Source: an uncultured bacterium | GTDB lineage: Bacteria; Patescibacteriota; Microgenomatia; UBA1400; UBA12108 | Direction of reading: 5' to 3' | DNA length: 64,000 nt | NCBI GenBank assembly: GCA_903945195.1 | Contig: CAJAUT010000009.1 | Location: 23,231 to 87,230, forward strand | In this document: positions 46,645 to 57,335 of the stretch, piece after piece | How the letters are laid out: each line of letters starts with the position of its first letter | How positions within the stretch are numbered: the stretch's first letter is position 1 | The notes under the pieces: generated by a model | Database searches by the model: none | Told to the model about the DNA's origin: nothing | The model's input: only the letters and a program-made list of their open reading frames with translations | Position numbers and translations under genes: made by a program

Positions 46645-49503
46645 TTACTTCTTTCTAAGGCATCCACTAATAAGAGATTTTGCGTAAAAACAACCCGATG
46701 TCCCAGAATCTGGGCGTACTATACCAGGGCCTGTGGCGTTGGCATCTACACAAGTAAATTTTTGACCTCCAGCATCTGGATTGATTACAACCCCTATGTG
46801 ACCGACAGTTTTATCACCACACTCATCTACTCCCATGATAAAAAGATCTCCTGACTGCATATTTGGACAACCAACCAAATATTTATATCCTTCTACTTTA
46901 TATGAGGCGTACATACAGGCATTTACTTGCGGAAAACCTGGTCCGGCGCTAGCGGCCGCCAATCCAACACACTGAAGATGTTTTTCGGTTGTTGGCCAAC
47001 CATCTGTAAATTGTGAAGTTTCTAGTTGAGAGACTGCGCCTTCAAATGGCTTCAGAGCAGCAATAACACACTGCCATTTTGGGCTAGATATGCCGCCTAT
47101 CATGAGGGGATTTAACTTACAGTCGGTAAGAGCTTTGTAGATACATTGGGCTGCGTTTGCGACTGGATTGTTTGTAGTAGTGCCGCTTATGTCACAAACA
47201 ACGGAGGCACCAATAGTTCCAGTTTCTATTTTTGAGGTGATGATGGCGTCGTTGCCAAGAGACATGGAAAGAGTGATGCCTCCAACTGCAACAACAATAG
47301 AGGTTGTGGCTATAGAGCTAATAGTGGCGCCTACACTGTTTACAAATCCAGCCCACCAAGCGCTAACTAGTGCTCCTGCAGAGCCAAGCGCCGTAGAAGC
47401 CCAACCAGCGATTGCTCCTGCTTGAGAATATAAATATCCTAGTAATGCTCCAAGTGCAGTCCCTATCATAAGTACTCCCCATAGTGGTAAGGAAAACCCA
47501 ATGAGGAAAAATGAAACTAGGGCCACACTAAAGCCAATGATTGCACCGAGGATTGTGGGACCAGCTATCCCCATGAGCATGGCTAGTCCAGCAATGTTTT
47601 TGAGTACCCAACCCGCAATGACGTCTGCATTTTTTATCGCTTCTGGTGCTCTTTTGGCTTGTTGCATGACCCAGAGTCCAGCCTGGATGGCAAAAGATGC
47701 CCCTCCAGAAAGAGATCCAGCAACTAACCCAGCGCCCACCCAAGCTAAAAACTTCCCGGCAAGTTTTTCTCCACCAATTTTGGCGCCTTGTTTGACTAGC
47801 CAGTTGCCAAATTTGATGCGGAAGTGGGTTTTTGCTGAACCAATAAATCCTTCATACGAATACCCACCATTTTTGTACCAAGTGAGTCCTGTTTTGAGCC
47901 ATTGCGGCAGGTTTTTATTTGTGGCAATTTTTGAAATCCATCCACCCCATGATGCCAGTCGATGATCTGAAGAAAGAAAAAAAGCGATAGTTCTATGATT
48001 GTTTAAAAAACCATTATATGCTGTAGAAATACTTTCTCGAACACTGGTAACGGCGCCATAAACATTTCTGATAATAGGGATGTTTTGTGGGGACAGGGCG
48101 GTTTTGATTTTAAGAACGGCTTGATCGTAGGCGAGCCTAGATTTGTAGACACTGTCAATTAGGCCATGGTTTTCGCCGAGATATTTTTGAAGGTTGTCTA
48201 ATTGAGATTTGATGTCAGACGGGCTATATCCAGATTTTAATAATTGACTGGCAAGCTGTTCTCCCGAATAACCACTTCTGGTTAAAGTGACGATTAGCGG
48301 ATCTACGCCAGAATTTTTGGCAATGTGTGAGACTAGGCTGGCTGGCCTTAATCCTAAAATATCTGGTAAATCTCCAGCACTTGGTTCTAGGCCATTGGTA
48401 ATGCGGGCAAAATAAGTCCCAGTAGAGGGGTGATTGAGAGCCGCTTCTATAAGTCGATCTTGATCAACTTGTGTTAAATTGTATTTTTTGATTAATTCTG
48501 GGGTGATGGCGTTGCGCAGAGCCCTAACTTCGAAAGGGTCTTTTTTGATAAATCTATCGCTAAGCGAGGGCGATTCTAATGCATCAATAGTTGCTGAATG
48601 TAGTGATTTAACTAGATCATTACCCAAAGAATTTGGGTTGTCTCTACCCACGCCAGTCTCTTTTTGCCAGGAATTGATGGTGTTTTGAAGCTCATCTTTG
48701 GCCTGCGTGGGAGTGAGACCATGTTGTTTGTTGATATTTGCAAGACTTTCGAGATTTTCGTCTGTGTCTGATTTACTGAACCTCTCATTGTTGAGGAGAG
48801 TTGAGAGGTTTGTGGTGATATGGTCTACGTCCTGCCCTTCGGCAACGAGCGTGTTTTGGAGGGCTCTCCAGGTTGGAGAATTGGCTACGGCTTGATCTAG
48901 GAGGGCCTTGGTTTGGGCCTGGGCTTTAACTGGATCTGTAGTATCTATATTGTGAAGGGCGGGTGATAGTTCGGCTATCAAACTATTTTGCATTTGTCTG
49001 ATGTAGCCTGAAGAGGCCGAGCCAGATCTAGTCAGTGGCTCTAGAGCCTGTGCGACACGAGAATCTAGGAGATTTTTTGTTTGCCAGTACTTTTGAGCCC
49101 GCCTAACGGATTCGTTGTAGGCATTGATCTCGACCTTTGGATTTGTGGTTTTTTGGTCAACTTCTTCTAGGTGTGTTTGGTAGGCCCGGAGGATGTTTTC
49201 TCTGGTTTCTCTATCTGGGATGGAAGACTCTTTTTGTTTGTTGGCAAAAAGCAAAATACTATTGTATAGAGGGCGATAATTGGAGGGATTTTCCAGATCT
49301 AAAATCTTATCGCCAAGGAGGTTGTTGCGCTGGAAATCATCGACCAATGCTTTGACTTCACGATTGGTAAAGACGACTTTGGAGTCGCCGCTACCCAGCT
49401 CATAATCGTCTTTGGGGTGGCGGATGAGCTGAGAGACTAGTTCTAGCACTCCAAAAGGGGTACCAAAATTGCGAACTAGCTCTGATTTGGTAAGGTTGGC
49501 CAT
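46645..49503 (-). CDS. Large membrane protein with C-terminal CHAP-like amidase domain
   Basis: Gly/Ala-rich hydrophobic block ~aa 585-755; C-terminal QCVGLA, GDLFIM, GHIGVV, DAN; start 49503. Confidence 0.7.
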   Translation of the reverse strand: MANLTKSELVRNFGTPFGVLELVSQLIRHPKDDYELGSGDSKVVFTNREVKALVDDFQRNNLLGDKILDLENPSNYRPLYNSILLFANKQKESSIPDRETRENILRAYQTHLEEVDQKTTNPKVEINAYNESVRRAQKYWQTKNLLDSRVAQALEPLTRSGSASSGYIRQMQNSLIAELSPALHNIDTTDPVKAQAQTKALLDQAVANSPTWRALQNTLVAEGQDVDHITTNLSTLLNNERFSKSDTDENLESLANINKQHGLTPTQAKDELQNTINSWQKETGVGRDNPNSLGNDLVKSLHSATIDALESPSLSDRFIKKDPFEVRALRNAITPELIKKYNLTQVDQDRLIEAALNHPSTGTYFARITNGLEPSAGDLPDILGLRPASLVSHIAKNSGVDPLIVTLTRSGYSGEQLASQLLKSGYSPSDIKSQLDNLQKYLGENHGLIDSVYKSRLAYDQAVLKIKTALSPQNIPIIRNVYGAVTSVRESISTAYNGFLNNHRTIAFFLSSDHRLASWGGWISKIATNKNLPQWLKTGLTWYKNGGYSYEGFIGSAKTHFRIKFGNWLVKQGAKIGGEKLAGKFLAWVGAGLVAGSLSGGASFAIQAGLWVMQQAKRAPEAIKNADVIAGWVLKNIAGLAMLMGIAGPTILGAIIGFSVALVSFFLIGFSLPLWGVLMIGTALGALLGYLYSQAGAIAGWASTALGSAGALVSAWWAGFVNSVGATISSIATTSIVVAVGGITLSMSLGNDAIITSKIETGTIGASVVCDISGTTTNNPVANAAQCIYKALTDCKLNPLMIGGISSPKWQCVIAALKPFEGAVSQLETSQFTDGWPTTEKHLQCVGLAAASAGPGFPQVNACMYASYKVEGYKYLVGCPNMQSGDLFIMGVDECGDKTVGHIGVVINPDAGGQKFTCVDANATGPGIVRPDSGTSGCFYAKSLISGCLRKK

Positions 49504-49542
49504 ATACTCCATTCTATCATCTGAGAATGGTATAATTTGGGC

Positions 49543-52500
49543 ATGGCAGAAAAGGAAAAATTAAGCGAGGTTAAAGAACTAGAGAGAATGGTGCGCTCTG
49601 GTGAGACGGATGCTAGTGGCGAAGATAAGGACGGACTTAAATTCCTAGAGCAACTCATGGTGTTTATGAAGTTGAAGTTGCTGAGAAAAACAACTGAAAC
49701 GGGTGGGGTAAAAAAAGAAACAATAGACAATCTAGAAAAAGATTTACTTGGGTCAGATAAAGATAAAAAAGAAAAAGCAAATCTTAACCTTGAAAGTCTT
49801 TTAAAGAAGATGGTGGGAATTGAGACTGGCATAGAGAATCAATCGATTGACGTATTAATTGCTAAGGCAAAAATGCCTGAAGATCAGAGAGATCATGCTA
49901 CCGCTCTCGAGATGAGAGTCATTGAGCTGAAAAATGGTGAATATACTGGCGATAAAAAGGCGGAAGCCGAATCTATAACAAAAGGATTTTTACAAATCAG
50001 CGAGAGTGTTGGTATCTTAAAGACGGGTGAGAAGACTAAAGAGCAAATAGTGACAAAATTAAATGCAGAACTATCTGAGGTTAATGAAATTAAGCGAAAA
50101 CTAGAAGTAGTAAAAGTAAAAGAAGAAGTAAAGACTGAAAAGGGCGCAAAAGAAAGAGTAAATGTGGCAAAGAGTAAAACACTTGAGTTCGTAAACAAGG
50201 AATTGAAAGACGGTAAAGACAGAGTTACTAAAGTTCGCGTGGGGAAATCTGATGATAGGCGGGGTAGATTGTTGCAAAAAGATATAGACGATTTTTTGAA
50301 AGTTGTCCAAACAGAGGTAAATGATCCTAGGCAAATGGAAGACCTTAAGTCTGATGATTGTATAGATAGAATATACAAAATCAACCAGCTAGCTAGGTTG
50401 GCTTCAAAAATGCAATCTCCTAGCTTGGCCACTGACAACTTTTTTGAGATGCAAATTCCATATATGGACCAACTAAAGAATAAGTTAAAGGATGACAAAA
50501 TACAAAATGGGGAAGAGGTGTATAAATTTGTTCAAGAGGTCTGGTACAGCAAAAAGCTACCCAATCCAGAAGAGCTTGGAAAGAAACTTCTAAATATTAC
50601 TAGTGGTAAGAGGGGTGAAGAGACTGCTAGGACCACAACCCGTCGAGATGGATCTAAAAAAGATGGGGCGGATTTGTTGTATGAGAACGGAGAGGATCCA
50701 CTACAGTTTATTCAAGATGCTTTGGGATTTGAACAAAAAAGCAGGAGGGCCCCCGGATCGATCATGCTAGAACAGATTAAGGACTTACTAGAAAACAATG
50801 GCCTTGATGTTATTAAATTAGAAGGCACCTTTAAAGGGCGTAGCAGGGAAGAATTTGCTCAAGCAATGCAAATGAAATATGGTTTTGAACCTAATCAAGC
50901 TGGCTTACTCTATGATTCTATCTTCAAGAACAGAACAGCATTTAGAAATGAAGCCTTTACGAAATATTTGGAATCAAAAGACTATAAGGGTTATACGGGC
51001 GCCCTGATATCATATCTGTCCAAGGTGGGCTTGCGCGAGGGAATGAATGATTTACAACTAATGAGTCTCATGAATGATGCTCGATTTACTCTGGCTGAGG
51101 CAGGTCCAGAAGGAGAGAAGCTACTAAAGGTGTTTAAGTCGTTTGAGAGCATAGCATTTTTCCATGACAAATACTTTAACTTGGGCGCAAAAGAGTATTC
51201 TGAGATATTGAACCATTTGGGTGATGGGCCTTTGTGGGTTTGGTTGCAGGAGCATGCAGATGTACTAAGGGAAGAAATCACCTTTACAGAGGGGCCAAAA
51301 AGAGGAGAGAAGGCTAGCGTGTCAGTTCTTGAAATACATGACATGATGCAATCACAATATTGGTCTAAACGACTTGTCTATACTCCGCCAATTCGAGAAG
51401 GAGAGTTGTTTGACGAAATGATGCTGAGTCATTTGCTGAACGGGGACGAGCCAATTGTCATAAAAGAAAACGGTGATATTTTTGATATGAACAAAAAATT
51501 ATTGGGAAACAAAAATCATGATCTCATGGTGGATGGTCAGCCCAAATCTTTGGCAGCATTAATTACTGATTCTAGGTGGAAGGTGGGAACTGCACAGGAC
51601 ATATGGCGTTTTACTGGTCGTAATTTAAATATCTTGGATGACGTCGATATCGCTAAAGCACTAGGAGTTAACAAAGCCCTGCTTGGGATAAGTAAAATAT
51701 GTAGATATAGCGAGCAATATGAATTCATCAGTTCTTATCAACACGAAATAATGGGTGCTGATACATTCCTTTATGATTTTGATTGGTACAAAAATACCTT
51801 TGGAAAGGGGTTGAAAAAACTATTTGGAGAAGCGGGGATAGAGGCAAAACAAGCTGAGCTGATACAAAAGCTAATTTCAAAACACATCATGAGTAAAAGG
51901 CGCGTCGGAACTGAGGTCTTTGATGGAAGTAATCTGGCAATAGAGGATGTAAAGCTCTTGGCGAGTGGGTCGAAGCGAATGACTTTTGATGAAGCTAAAA
52001 CAGAATATTTGGGTAGACTTGCCAAGAGGGGAGAAGATATTTCTAAAATAAGGATAGATCCAAACGATGCCAGTGATAAATATGCGATGCAAGTTAATTT
52101 ACTCATGGAAAAATGGAATGACAATGCATTTAGTGAGGATGAAATGGCACAAATTAATGCACTTCCTTGGGACAAAATTAACAAAATTTATGCAAAAAGA
52201 CTAGGAAAAGAAAGTAGCGCAGTGGGCAATGACTTTAAAGGGTTTATAGATAACTTCTCGTACGCCAGGCTATCTGAATACGTAGAGAGTTTACGTGGTA
52301 CAGACATGAAGGACTATGGCGGATACTACGCTATCGCGGCTGAGGCAGTGGCTGGCGCTATTAAAGCTGGACTAGCAAATGGGTCTTCTGAGGCACTAGC
52401 TAAGATGATTGGAGCTATGGAAACTTATCATCCTTATGATGCAAATGGGCTTAATAGACTAGGGCTTGCGATGTGGAGAGAGGTACTGACATGGAGAACT

Positions 52501-52887
52501 CATAAGCTAACTAGACGCGTACCAAAACAATCTGGTGGATATGTCCTGCCAAATGGTGACCTAATGGTGAACAAATATGGTAGGTGGGAAAAAGAGATGA
52601 AGACTGAAATTTTACTCCCTGGAGAAAGTTTGATGAGTAAGTATAAATATCTTGTGACTTGGGGGTTTGAAGATGTAGAGATGTCAATGAGGTTTTTGGT
52701 TGGTAGTGGGATATTTACAAGAAAAGATGGCGATGCAGAGCTGTTTAATCGGTTTGGACCAGCGGCATGGAGATGGTTGCGTAGAGCTATACAGCTAAAT
52801 GACTGGGAATATTTCTGGATCCAACTAGAGAAGGATGGGAACGAAGAAATGAAAAGCGTCTTTAAATATATATTTTCAACAAAATAA
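49543..52887 (+). CDS. Large hypothetical protein (charged coiled-coil N-terminus)
   Basis: 1114-aa ORF; TGGTATAAT 6 nt before ATG 49543; no motif recognised. Confidence 0.8.
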   Translation: MAEKEKLSEVKELERMVRSGETDASGEDKDGLKFLEQLMVFMKLKLLRKTTETGGVKKETIDNLEKDLLGSDKDKKEKANLNLESLLKKMVGIETGIENQSIDVLIAKAKMPEDQRDHATALEMRVIELKNGEYTGDKKAEAESITKGFLQISESVGILKTGEKTKEQIVTKLNAELSEVNEIKRKLEVVKVKEEVKTEKGAKERVNVAKSKTLEFVNKELKDGKDRVTKVRVGKSDDRRGRLLQKDIDDFLKVVQTEVNDPRQMEDLKSDDCIDRIYKINQLARLASKMQSPSLATDNFFEMQIPYMDQLKNKLKDDKIQNGEEVYKFVQEVWYSKKLPNPEELGKKLLNITSGKRGEETARTTTRRDGSKKDGADLLYENGEDPLQFIQDALGFEQKSRRAPGSIMLEQIKDLLENNGLDVIKLEGTFKGRSREEFAQAMQMKYGFEPNQAGLLYDSIFKNRTAFRNEAFTKYLESKDYKGYTGALISYLSKVGLREGMNDLQLMSLMNDARFTLAEAGPEGEKLLKVFKSFESIAFFHDKYFNLGAKEYSEILNHLGDGPLWVWLQEHADVLREEITFTEGPKRGEKASVSVLEIHDMMQSQYWSKRLVYTPPIREGELFDEMMLSHLLNGDEPIVIKENGDIFDMNKKLLGNKNHDLMVDGQPKSLAALITDSRWKVGTAQDIWRFTGRNLNILDDVDIAKALGVNKALLGISKICRYSEQYEFISSYQHEIMGADTFLYDFDWYKNTFGKGLKKLFGEAGIEAKQAELIQKLISKHIMSKRRVGTEVFDGSNLAIEDVKLLASGSKRMTFDEAKTEYLGRLAKRGEDISKIRIDPNDASDKYAMQVNLLMEKWNDNAFSEDEMAQINALPWDKINKIYAKRLGKESSAVGNDFKGFIDNFSYARLSEYVESLRGTDMKDYGGYYAIAAEAVAGAIKAGLANGSSEALAKMIGAMETYHPYDANGLNRLGLAMWREVLTWRTHKLTRRVPKQSGGYVLPNGDLMVNKYGRWEKEMKTEILLPGESLMSKYKYLVTWGFEDVEMSMRFLVGSGIFTRKDGDAELFNRFGPAAWRWLRRAIQLNDWEYFWIQLEKDGNEEMKSVFKYIFSTK

Positions 52888-52902
52888 TTTAAGTTAAAAA
52901 GT

Positions 52903-54417
52903 TTATTTGGCTTTTCCGCCTGGTTCTTGTGGAGCACTACTGAGACCTGTGTTGCGGATTTGATTTCCAAGCATTTTGGATTGGAGGCGGGCTGCGCGCT
53001 CTTGCTGGAGACTGGAGATGTAGGCTTTGGGTAGGTATGAGGCTGCGCCATAGCCCTGTCCAATACCAGCCATGATCTCTGAGGTGTATTTGCTCTGCTC
53101 GACCTTTAGCGTGTCTCTGGTCATTTGGGCAGCTGCTGGGACCATCATAATGATAAAGATACCCAGGAGTGCCATAAAGGTTTCTTGGATACTAACTGGC
53201 GTGGTTACTTCAGAATTGTCGACAAAAGATAAAAATGGTGGAACCCATCTGGTAGAATCGGTCTCTCCACCCTGTAGATATCCCGTATTTACCTCGAATG
53301 GATTTACTTGATTACCTTCAATGACTAGTTTTTCTGTACCAGGTCCCATCAGTATGGCTCCAAATAATAACATGGCTAGCACTGTGGGGAAAACGGCTGC
53401 ATTGGCTAGTAGATTTCTAGCCCAGTTGGAAAAAGATTTTGATCCAGGTATACCGTTCATTAGTAGTTGAAGGGGAGACACCACAGTTAGGACGATGATC
53501 ATAAAGTATGACTGCATCAATTGCCAGAGAGTCTTGAACATGCCAATAAGTACTCCTAGTCCTATCACGGCAAATGCTAGTCCTTGAGTGACTCCACCTA
53601 GTTTGGCTAAGCCACTAGAAGCAGTGATTTGGTCTGTAAAAGAACCAATGGCTAGGGCTGCGATTGTGTGGATTCTATCTCTACCAGATAACATCATATA
53701 CATGATGTTGTTGTTTAACACTTTATCCATCACTCCACCCGCATCTTTGATGAGACTTCCAGCTTCGGCGATATAAACTATTAAATACATAGATAAGTAA
53801 ATGAGGTCAACAATAAATCCCGCAATGGCGTACGAGAAGGTAATGAGTAGAAGAGTGACTAGTAAGTTGGGGAGACTATTTTGGATGGAAATGATGGTTT
53901 GAGCATTTATCTTTGTCCTGAGCATGATCATGACCCCGATAACTAAGAAGATTATGATGTAAAGAGAATAGGCTACATTTCTAAAAGCTTTCCAGATTTG
54001 TAAGACTGGAGATAGTGCTTTGTAACCAATTCCTTGAGCTTGGACTTTGGTAAATCCAGGAAGCCCAATATTGTTGCCTAGATCGGCGAGATATTCGCCC
54101 GTATTGATTGGTGGCACCATAAGCGCAGTTGTAACGTACTTGGTAATTCTAGGTGTGATGCCAGAAACTGCTTGAGATCCGTCGGCAGAAGGGGAGTAAC
54201 CAACAATATATTTTTCTTGCGACATTTCTTCTGAACTGACAGTGGCACCAATGTCTGAATCTGGTGAGCAGCCGCTGACGTTGCATCCTACGGCAAAAGT
54301 ATAGGTTTCAAAAAGTCCACGACTAGGGGCGACTTGTCCATCTGCGGCGCGCGCCATTGTGACAAAAGAAAATGCGGACACGAGAAGGAGTGTAAAGATA
54401 GATAGTATTTTACGCAT
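52903..54417 (-). CDS. VirB6/TrbL-like polytopic membrane protein
   Basis: Signal peptide; WKAFRNVAY..IIFLVIGVMIM, LLITFSYAIAGFIVD, VSPL..PG..FSNWARNL. Confidence 0.7.
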   Translation of the reverse strand: MRKILSIFTLLLVSAFSFVTMARAADGQVAPSRGLFETYTFAVGCNVSGCSPDSDIGATVSSEEMSQEKYIVGYSPSADGSQAVSGITPRITKYVTTALMVPPINTGEYLADLGNNIGLPGFTKVQAQGIGYKALSPVLQIWKAFRNVAYSLYIIIFLVIGVMIMLRTKINAQTIISIQNSLPNLLVTLLLITFSYAIAGFIVDLIYLSMYLIVYIAEAGSLIKDAGGVMDKVLNNNIMYMMLSGRDRIHTIAALAIGSFTDQITASSGLAKLGGVTQGLAFAVIGLGVLIGMFKTLWQLMQSYFMIIVLTVVSPLQLLMNGIPGSKSFSNWARNLLANAAVFPTVLAMLLFGAILMGPGTEKLVIEGNQVNPFEVNTGYLQGGETDSTRWVPPFLSFVDNSEVTTPVSIQETFMALLGIFIIMMVPAAAQMTRDTLKVEQSKYTSEIMAGIGQGYGAASYLPKAYISSLQQERAARLQSKMLGNQIRNTGLSSAPQEPGGKAK

Positions 54418-54443
54418 AGTGGTATTGTACTAGATTTTACATT

Positions 54444-56990
54444 TTACTTACAGCTATAACTTTCATAATAATCAAATGCCCGTTTCCAGTGATTGTTGTC
54501 TGCTGTTTGAGCTCCTGATGATCCTCCAGGTCCTGAGTAAGCAGCTTCTGTACAGTACCCAGTATATTGACGCATAGAAGTGGATATTCTTTCTGGTGTC
54601 CACTCGCACGAGTTGGCTGGACCAGTAGCACTAAGATAGAAAGGATGTCCCCAACATGATGCTGGAGCAGGATACGCTCCTGACCCACCACTTTCTTTGG
54701 CTAGCTTGGCGGCTGCGGCAAAGGTGGCATCAATCACGTTGCATGGTGAGAACTCTACTCTTCCAGAGTCAATGGCTTTTGATGATTCACTATAATCTGG
54801 AGACCAATCATATTTACCACCACCCTTTGGGGTAGACAAGAAAGCAAATGGACCTCTTGCTCCTGTCCCAGATGCTAGTGAATCACAATTTGGTACTTCG
54901 CCTCCGCAAACGCTCCAAGCCTTTACGTTTGCCTCAGTCCAATCCCAACGATAATCACCGCCCTCAGAAATAAATGCACTATATAAAATAGATGCGGGAA
55001 CCTTGTAAGTGGTGGCAGCCAAATTAAATATTTTTACTAGAGTTGGGGGAAGTCCCGAATCACACAACGAACAACTGAGATCTGAGCCACTTAAATCTGG
55101 AAGTTCGGTGGAGCTACAGGTATTGATTAATTTGGAAGGTTGGCCGCAGGAATTGACGGCAGTGCCATCTGCGATCATGCGCGGGGTATAAATGTAATCT
55201 GATCTATCTGTACCTTTGCAAGGCATGAAAGCGGAGTTGTTTACTTTTATGGTTTTAGACAATCTTTCATTCATGCCAAACAACTCTCCTTCTTTTGAAA
55301 CCACAACATTGATATCATTATTTGTTTTCAAATATTCCTTAGATAGTTCGGTGGATGGCATGAGATTTGCTAGAGATGGGAGCTCGAGAAATCTACTGGC
55401 CTGAGACCAGGATTCGCCGATCATATAGGTGCGTCTTTTGTTGGGGATTACTTTTAATAATATCTTCATTGAGATATCAAATAAGTTGGTCATGGAGGGC
55501 TCACCGTGCACCGCATTAGCATCTTGCTTGTTATAGTCTTCTTCGGAGGCTTTTGGCCTTCGAGGCGGTGGATTTTTCTCTGGATTATATAATCTATTTG
55601 GATAATCTAGTATAGAGCCAAGCTTCTTAACTGTTAGTGGTCCATATCTAGTCACAGTGTTTTCGGGAGTGGCTGATTCGGCCTCGGCGTCTGTGTTGTT
55701 ATTGCCAAAAACCAAGGCAGTTGGCATGTGAGTGACGTCTGCTCTTGGCTCTGCAAAATAATTTGCAACTAGAGGAATCTTTTTCCCCATATCTGCCAAT
55801 AGGGCCTTACCAATTGCTCGCGGATTAGTAAGTGATGCTTCGATAATCATTCCCTCTGTTGCGGCTCTAGCAGAATAATTGTCTACCAAGGTACCTTTGT
55901 GAAGAGCGAAGTTGTATTTGCCAGACGTATCACTTTTACTGCCAAGTGCTAAAACTAGCGACCCGATTGATAAGGCAGGAGCATTTGTGTCTTTAGGGTA
56001 GAGGGGGGTACATTTGAAATATTTTACCCAATCCTCGTCATTTTTTTCGGCAAGTTTAAAGTTGTATAACCACTTTGCATACCAAGTGCTGTTTTGGAGA
56101 TAGCTGGGAACAGGGCGAAGCGAGGGATTTTCTGCGGCTCTAAACTCTGCATCTATTTGTTCTTGACTGAAGCCTTCTGGTAGTGGGGCGGAAAGATCGT
56201 ATTCTGTTTGCCAAATTTGTCGATAGTTTTCTGGCTTCATGTCTCCTGGTATTTTATCGTTGTAAATATCGATAAATTCGAGAGTTTCTCCATCTATTGT
56301 TACTTTTTCTTTCCAGTTGATTCCTCCTACAGGGAGCTCTTTGTGAGGATTGTTACTTTTTTGATAATTGATCCAGGTGGAAAATGCTCTCCATAGCAAA
56401 CTAAGCCTTAGTTGATTTTGATAATCAGAGGGCAATATCATGTCGTGTGAGCCCATGGTAAGTACGTTTGATGACTGAGAGCACTGATTGGCGGTGAACA
56501 TGTGATTGTAGCTTTGCCAACCTGGGACCGCGAGCCCATCAGTCCCACTTGAGTCGGTGCCTATAAATTTTTTTGAGTATGCTGGACTTTGATTAAATTT
56601 ACATTTTCCCTTTGTAGAGAGTGGATTTTGCTTGTTTACCATTCTTTGACATTGACCAGTGATGGGCCTGTCTTCCTGTCGATCATTTTGTTGTGGATAT
56701 ATAACATTGGCAATTTTGTCACACGAAGTTGGGTCTGTCGTATCACAGGTGACGTTTTTTAACTCGTCTTCGTTTAATACAATCATGGTTTCGGGGATCC
56801 CTTTTTCTCCTTCTAGAATGATTTCTAGGTTTTGATCTGCAATATATCCTGTAATCATTTGAGAATATATATCTACATCATATTTTGTTTTTGGTTGTTC
56901 TGCATTGACTCCTCGATCTATTTTTGGGAATATAACAAATAATCCCAAAAATATTAGGATAGATATTGAAATCTTTTTTAGAATAATCAT
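54444..56990 (-). CDS. Large exported protein with C-terminal lysozyme/SLT-like domain
   Basis: N-terminal TM; AATTYKVPASIL..FISEG, SGTGARGPFAF, CNVIDATFAAAAKL; Cys-rich; start ATG 56990. Confidence 0.65.
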   Translation of the reverse strand: MIILKKISISILIFLGLFVIFPKIDRGVNAEQPKTKYDVDIYSQMITGYIADQNLEIILEGEKGIPETMIVLNEDELKNVTCDTTDPTSCDKIANVIYPQQNDRQEDRPITGQCQRMVNKQNPLSTKGKCKFNQSPAYSKKFIGTDSSGTDGLAVPGWQSYNHMFTANQCSQSSNVLTMGSHDMILPSDYQNQLRLSLLWRAFSTWINYQKSNNPHKELPVGGINWKEKVTIDGETLEFIDIYNDKIPGDMKPENYRQIWQTEYDLSAPLPEGFSQEQIDAEFRAAENPSLRPVPSYLQNSTWYAKWLYNFKLAEKNDEDWVKYFKCTPLYPKDTNAPALSIGSLVLALGSKSDTSGKYNFALHKGTLVDNYSARAATEGMIIEASLTNPRAIGKALLADMGKKIPLVANYFAEPRADVTHMPTALVFGNNNTDAEAESATPENTVTRYGPLTVKKLGSILDYPNRLYNPEKNPPPRRPKASEEDYNKQDANAVHGEPSMTNLFDISMKILLKVIPNKRRTYMIGESWSQASRFLELPSLANLMPSTELSKEYLKTNNDINVVVSKEGELFGMNERLSKTIKVNNSAFMPCKGTDRSDYIYTPRMIADGTAVNSCGQPSKLINTCSSTELPDLSGSDLSCSLCDSGLPPTLVKIFNLAATTYKVPASILYSAFISEGGDYRWDWTEANVKAWSVCGGEVPNCDSLASGTGARGPFAFLSTPKGGGKYDWSPDYSESSKAIDSGRVEFSPCNVIDATFAAAAKLAKESGGSGAYPAPASCWGHPFYLSATGPANSCEWTPERISTSMRQYTGYCTEAAYSGPGGSSGAQTADNNHWKRAFDYYESYSCK

Positions 56991-56992
56991 AT

Positions 56993-57274
56993 TTACAGAC
57001 CGAGCTTGAACTGAGTGACTCTGGCACCAGTTAAGTTCTCTATGAGAAGTAAAATGAGCCAACTGCCAATAGCCAATGCTATGCCGGCGATTGCGCCTCC
57101 CATGATACCTTTACCTTTTTTCATAGAATCTGGATTTCCGGCGCCAGTTAGAAAAGTAAAGCCTCCTACGAGGATCATGATGAAAGAAATAAGACCGATT
57201 AGGGGAATAATAGCCAAAAGAACATTCCCAATATATAGAGATAGATCTGAGAGTTGAGCCGCTTCTTCTTCCAT
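56993..57274 (-). CDS. TrbC/VirB2-like pilin 7
   Basis: Two TMs, GGFTFLTGAGNPDSMKKGKGIMGGAIAG. Confidence 0.75.
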   Translation of the reverse strand: MEEEAAQLSDLSLYIGNVLLAIIPLIGLISFIMILVGGFTFLTGAGNPDSMKKGKGIMGGAIAGIALAIGSWLILLLIENLTGARVTQFKLGL

Positions 57275-57287
57275 GAAATCATTATAG

Positions 57288-57315
57288 CAAAAAGTCCCCT
57301 CGCGGGGACTTTTTG
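57288..57315. terminator. Rho-independent terminator after pilin 6
   Basis: CAAAAAGTCCCC-TCGC-GGGGACTTTTTG. Confidence 0.85.
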
Positions 57316-57335
57316 AATAAATTTAACTAAAGATC

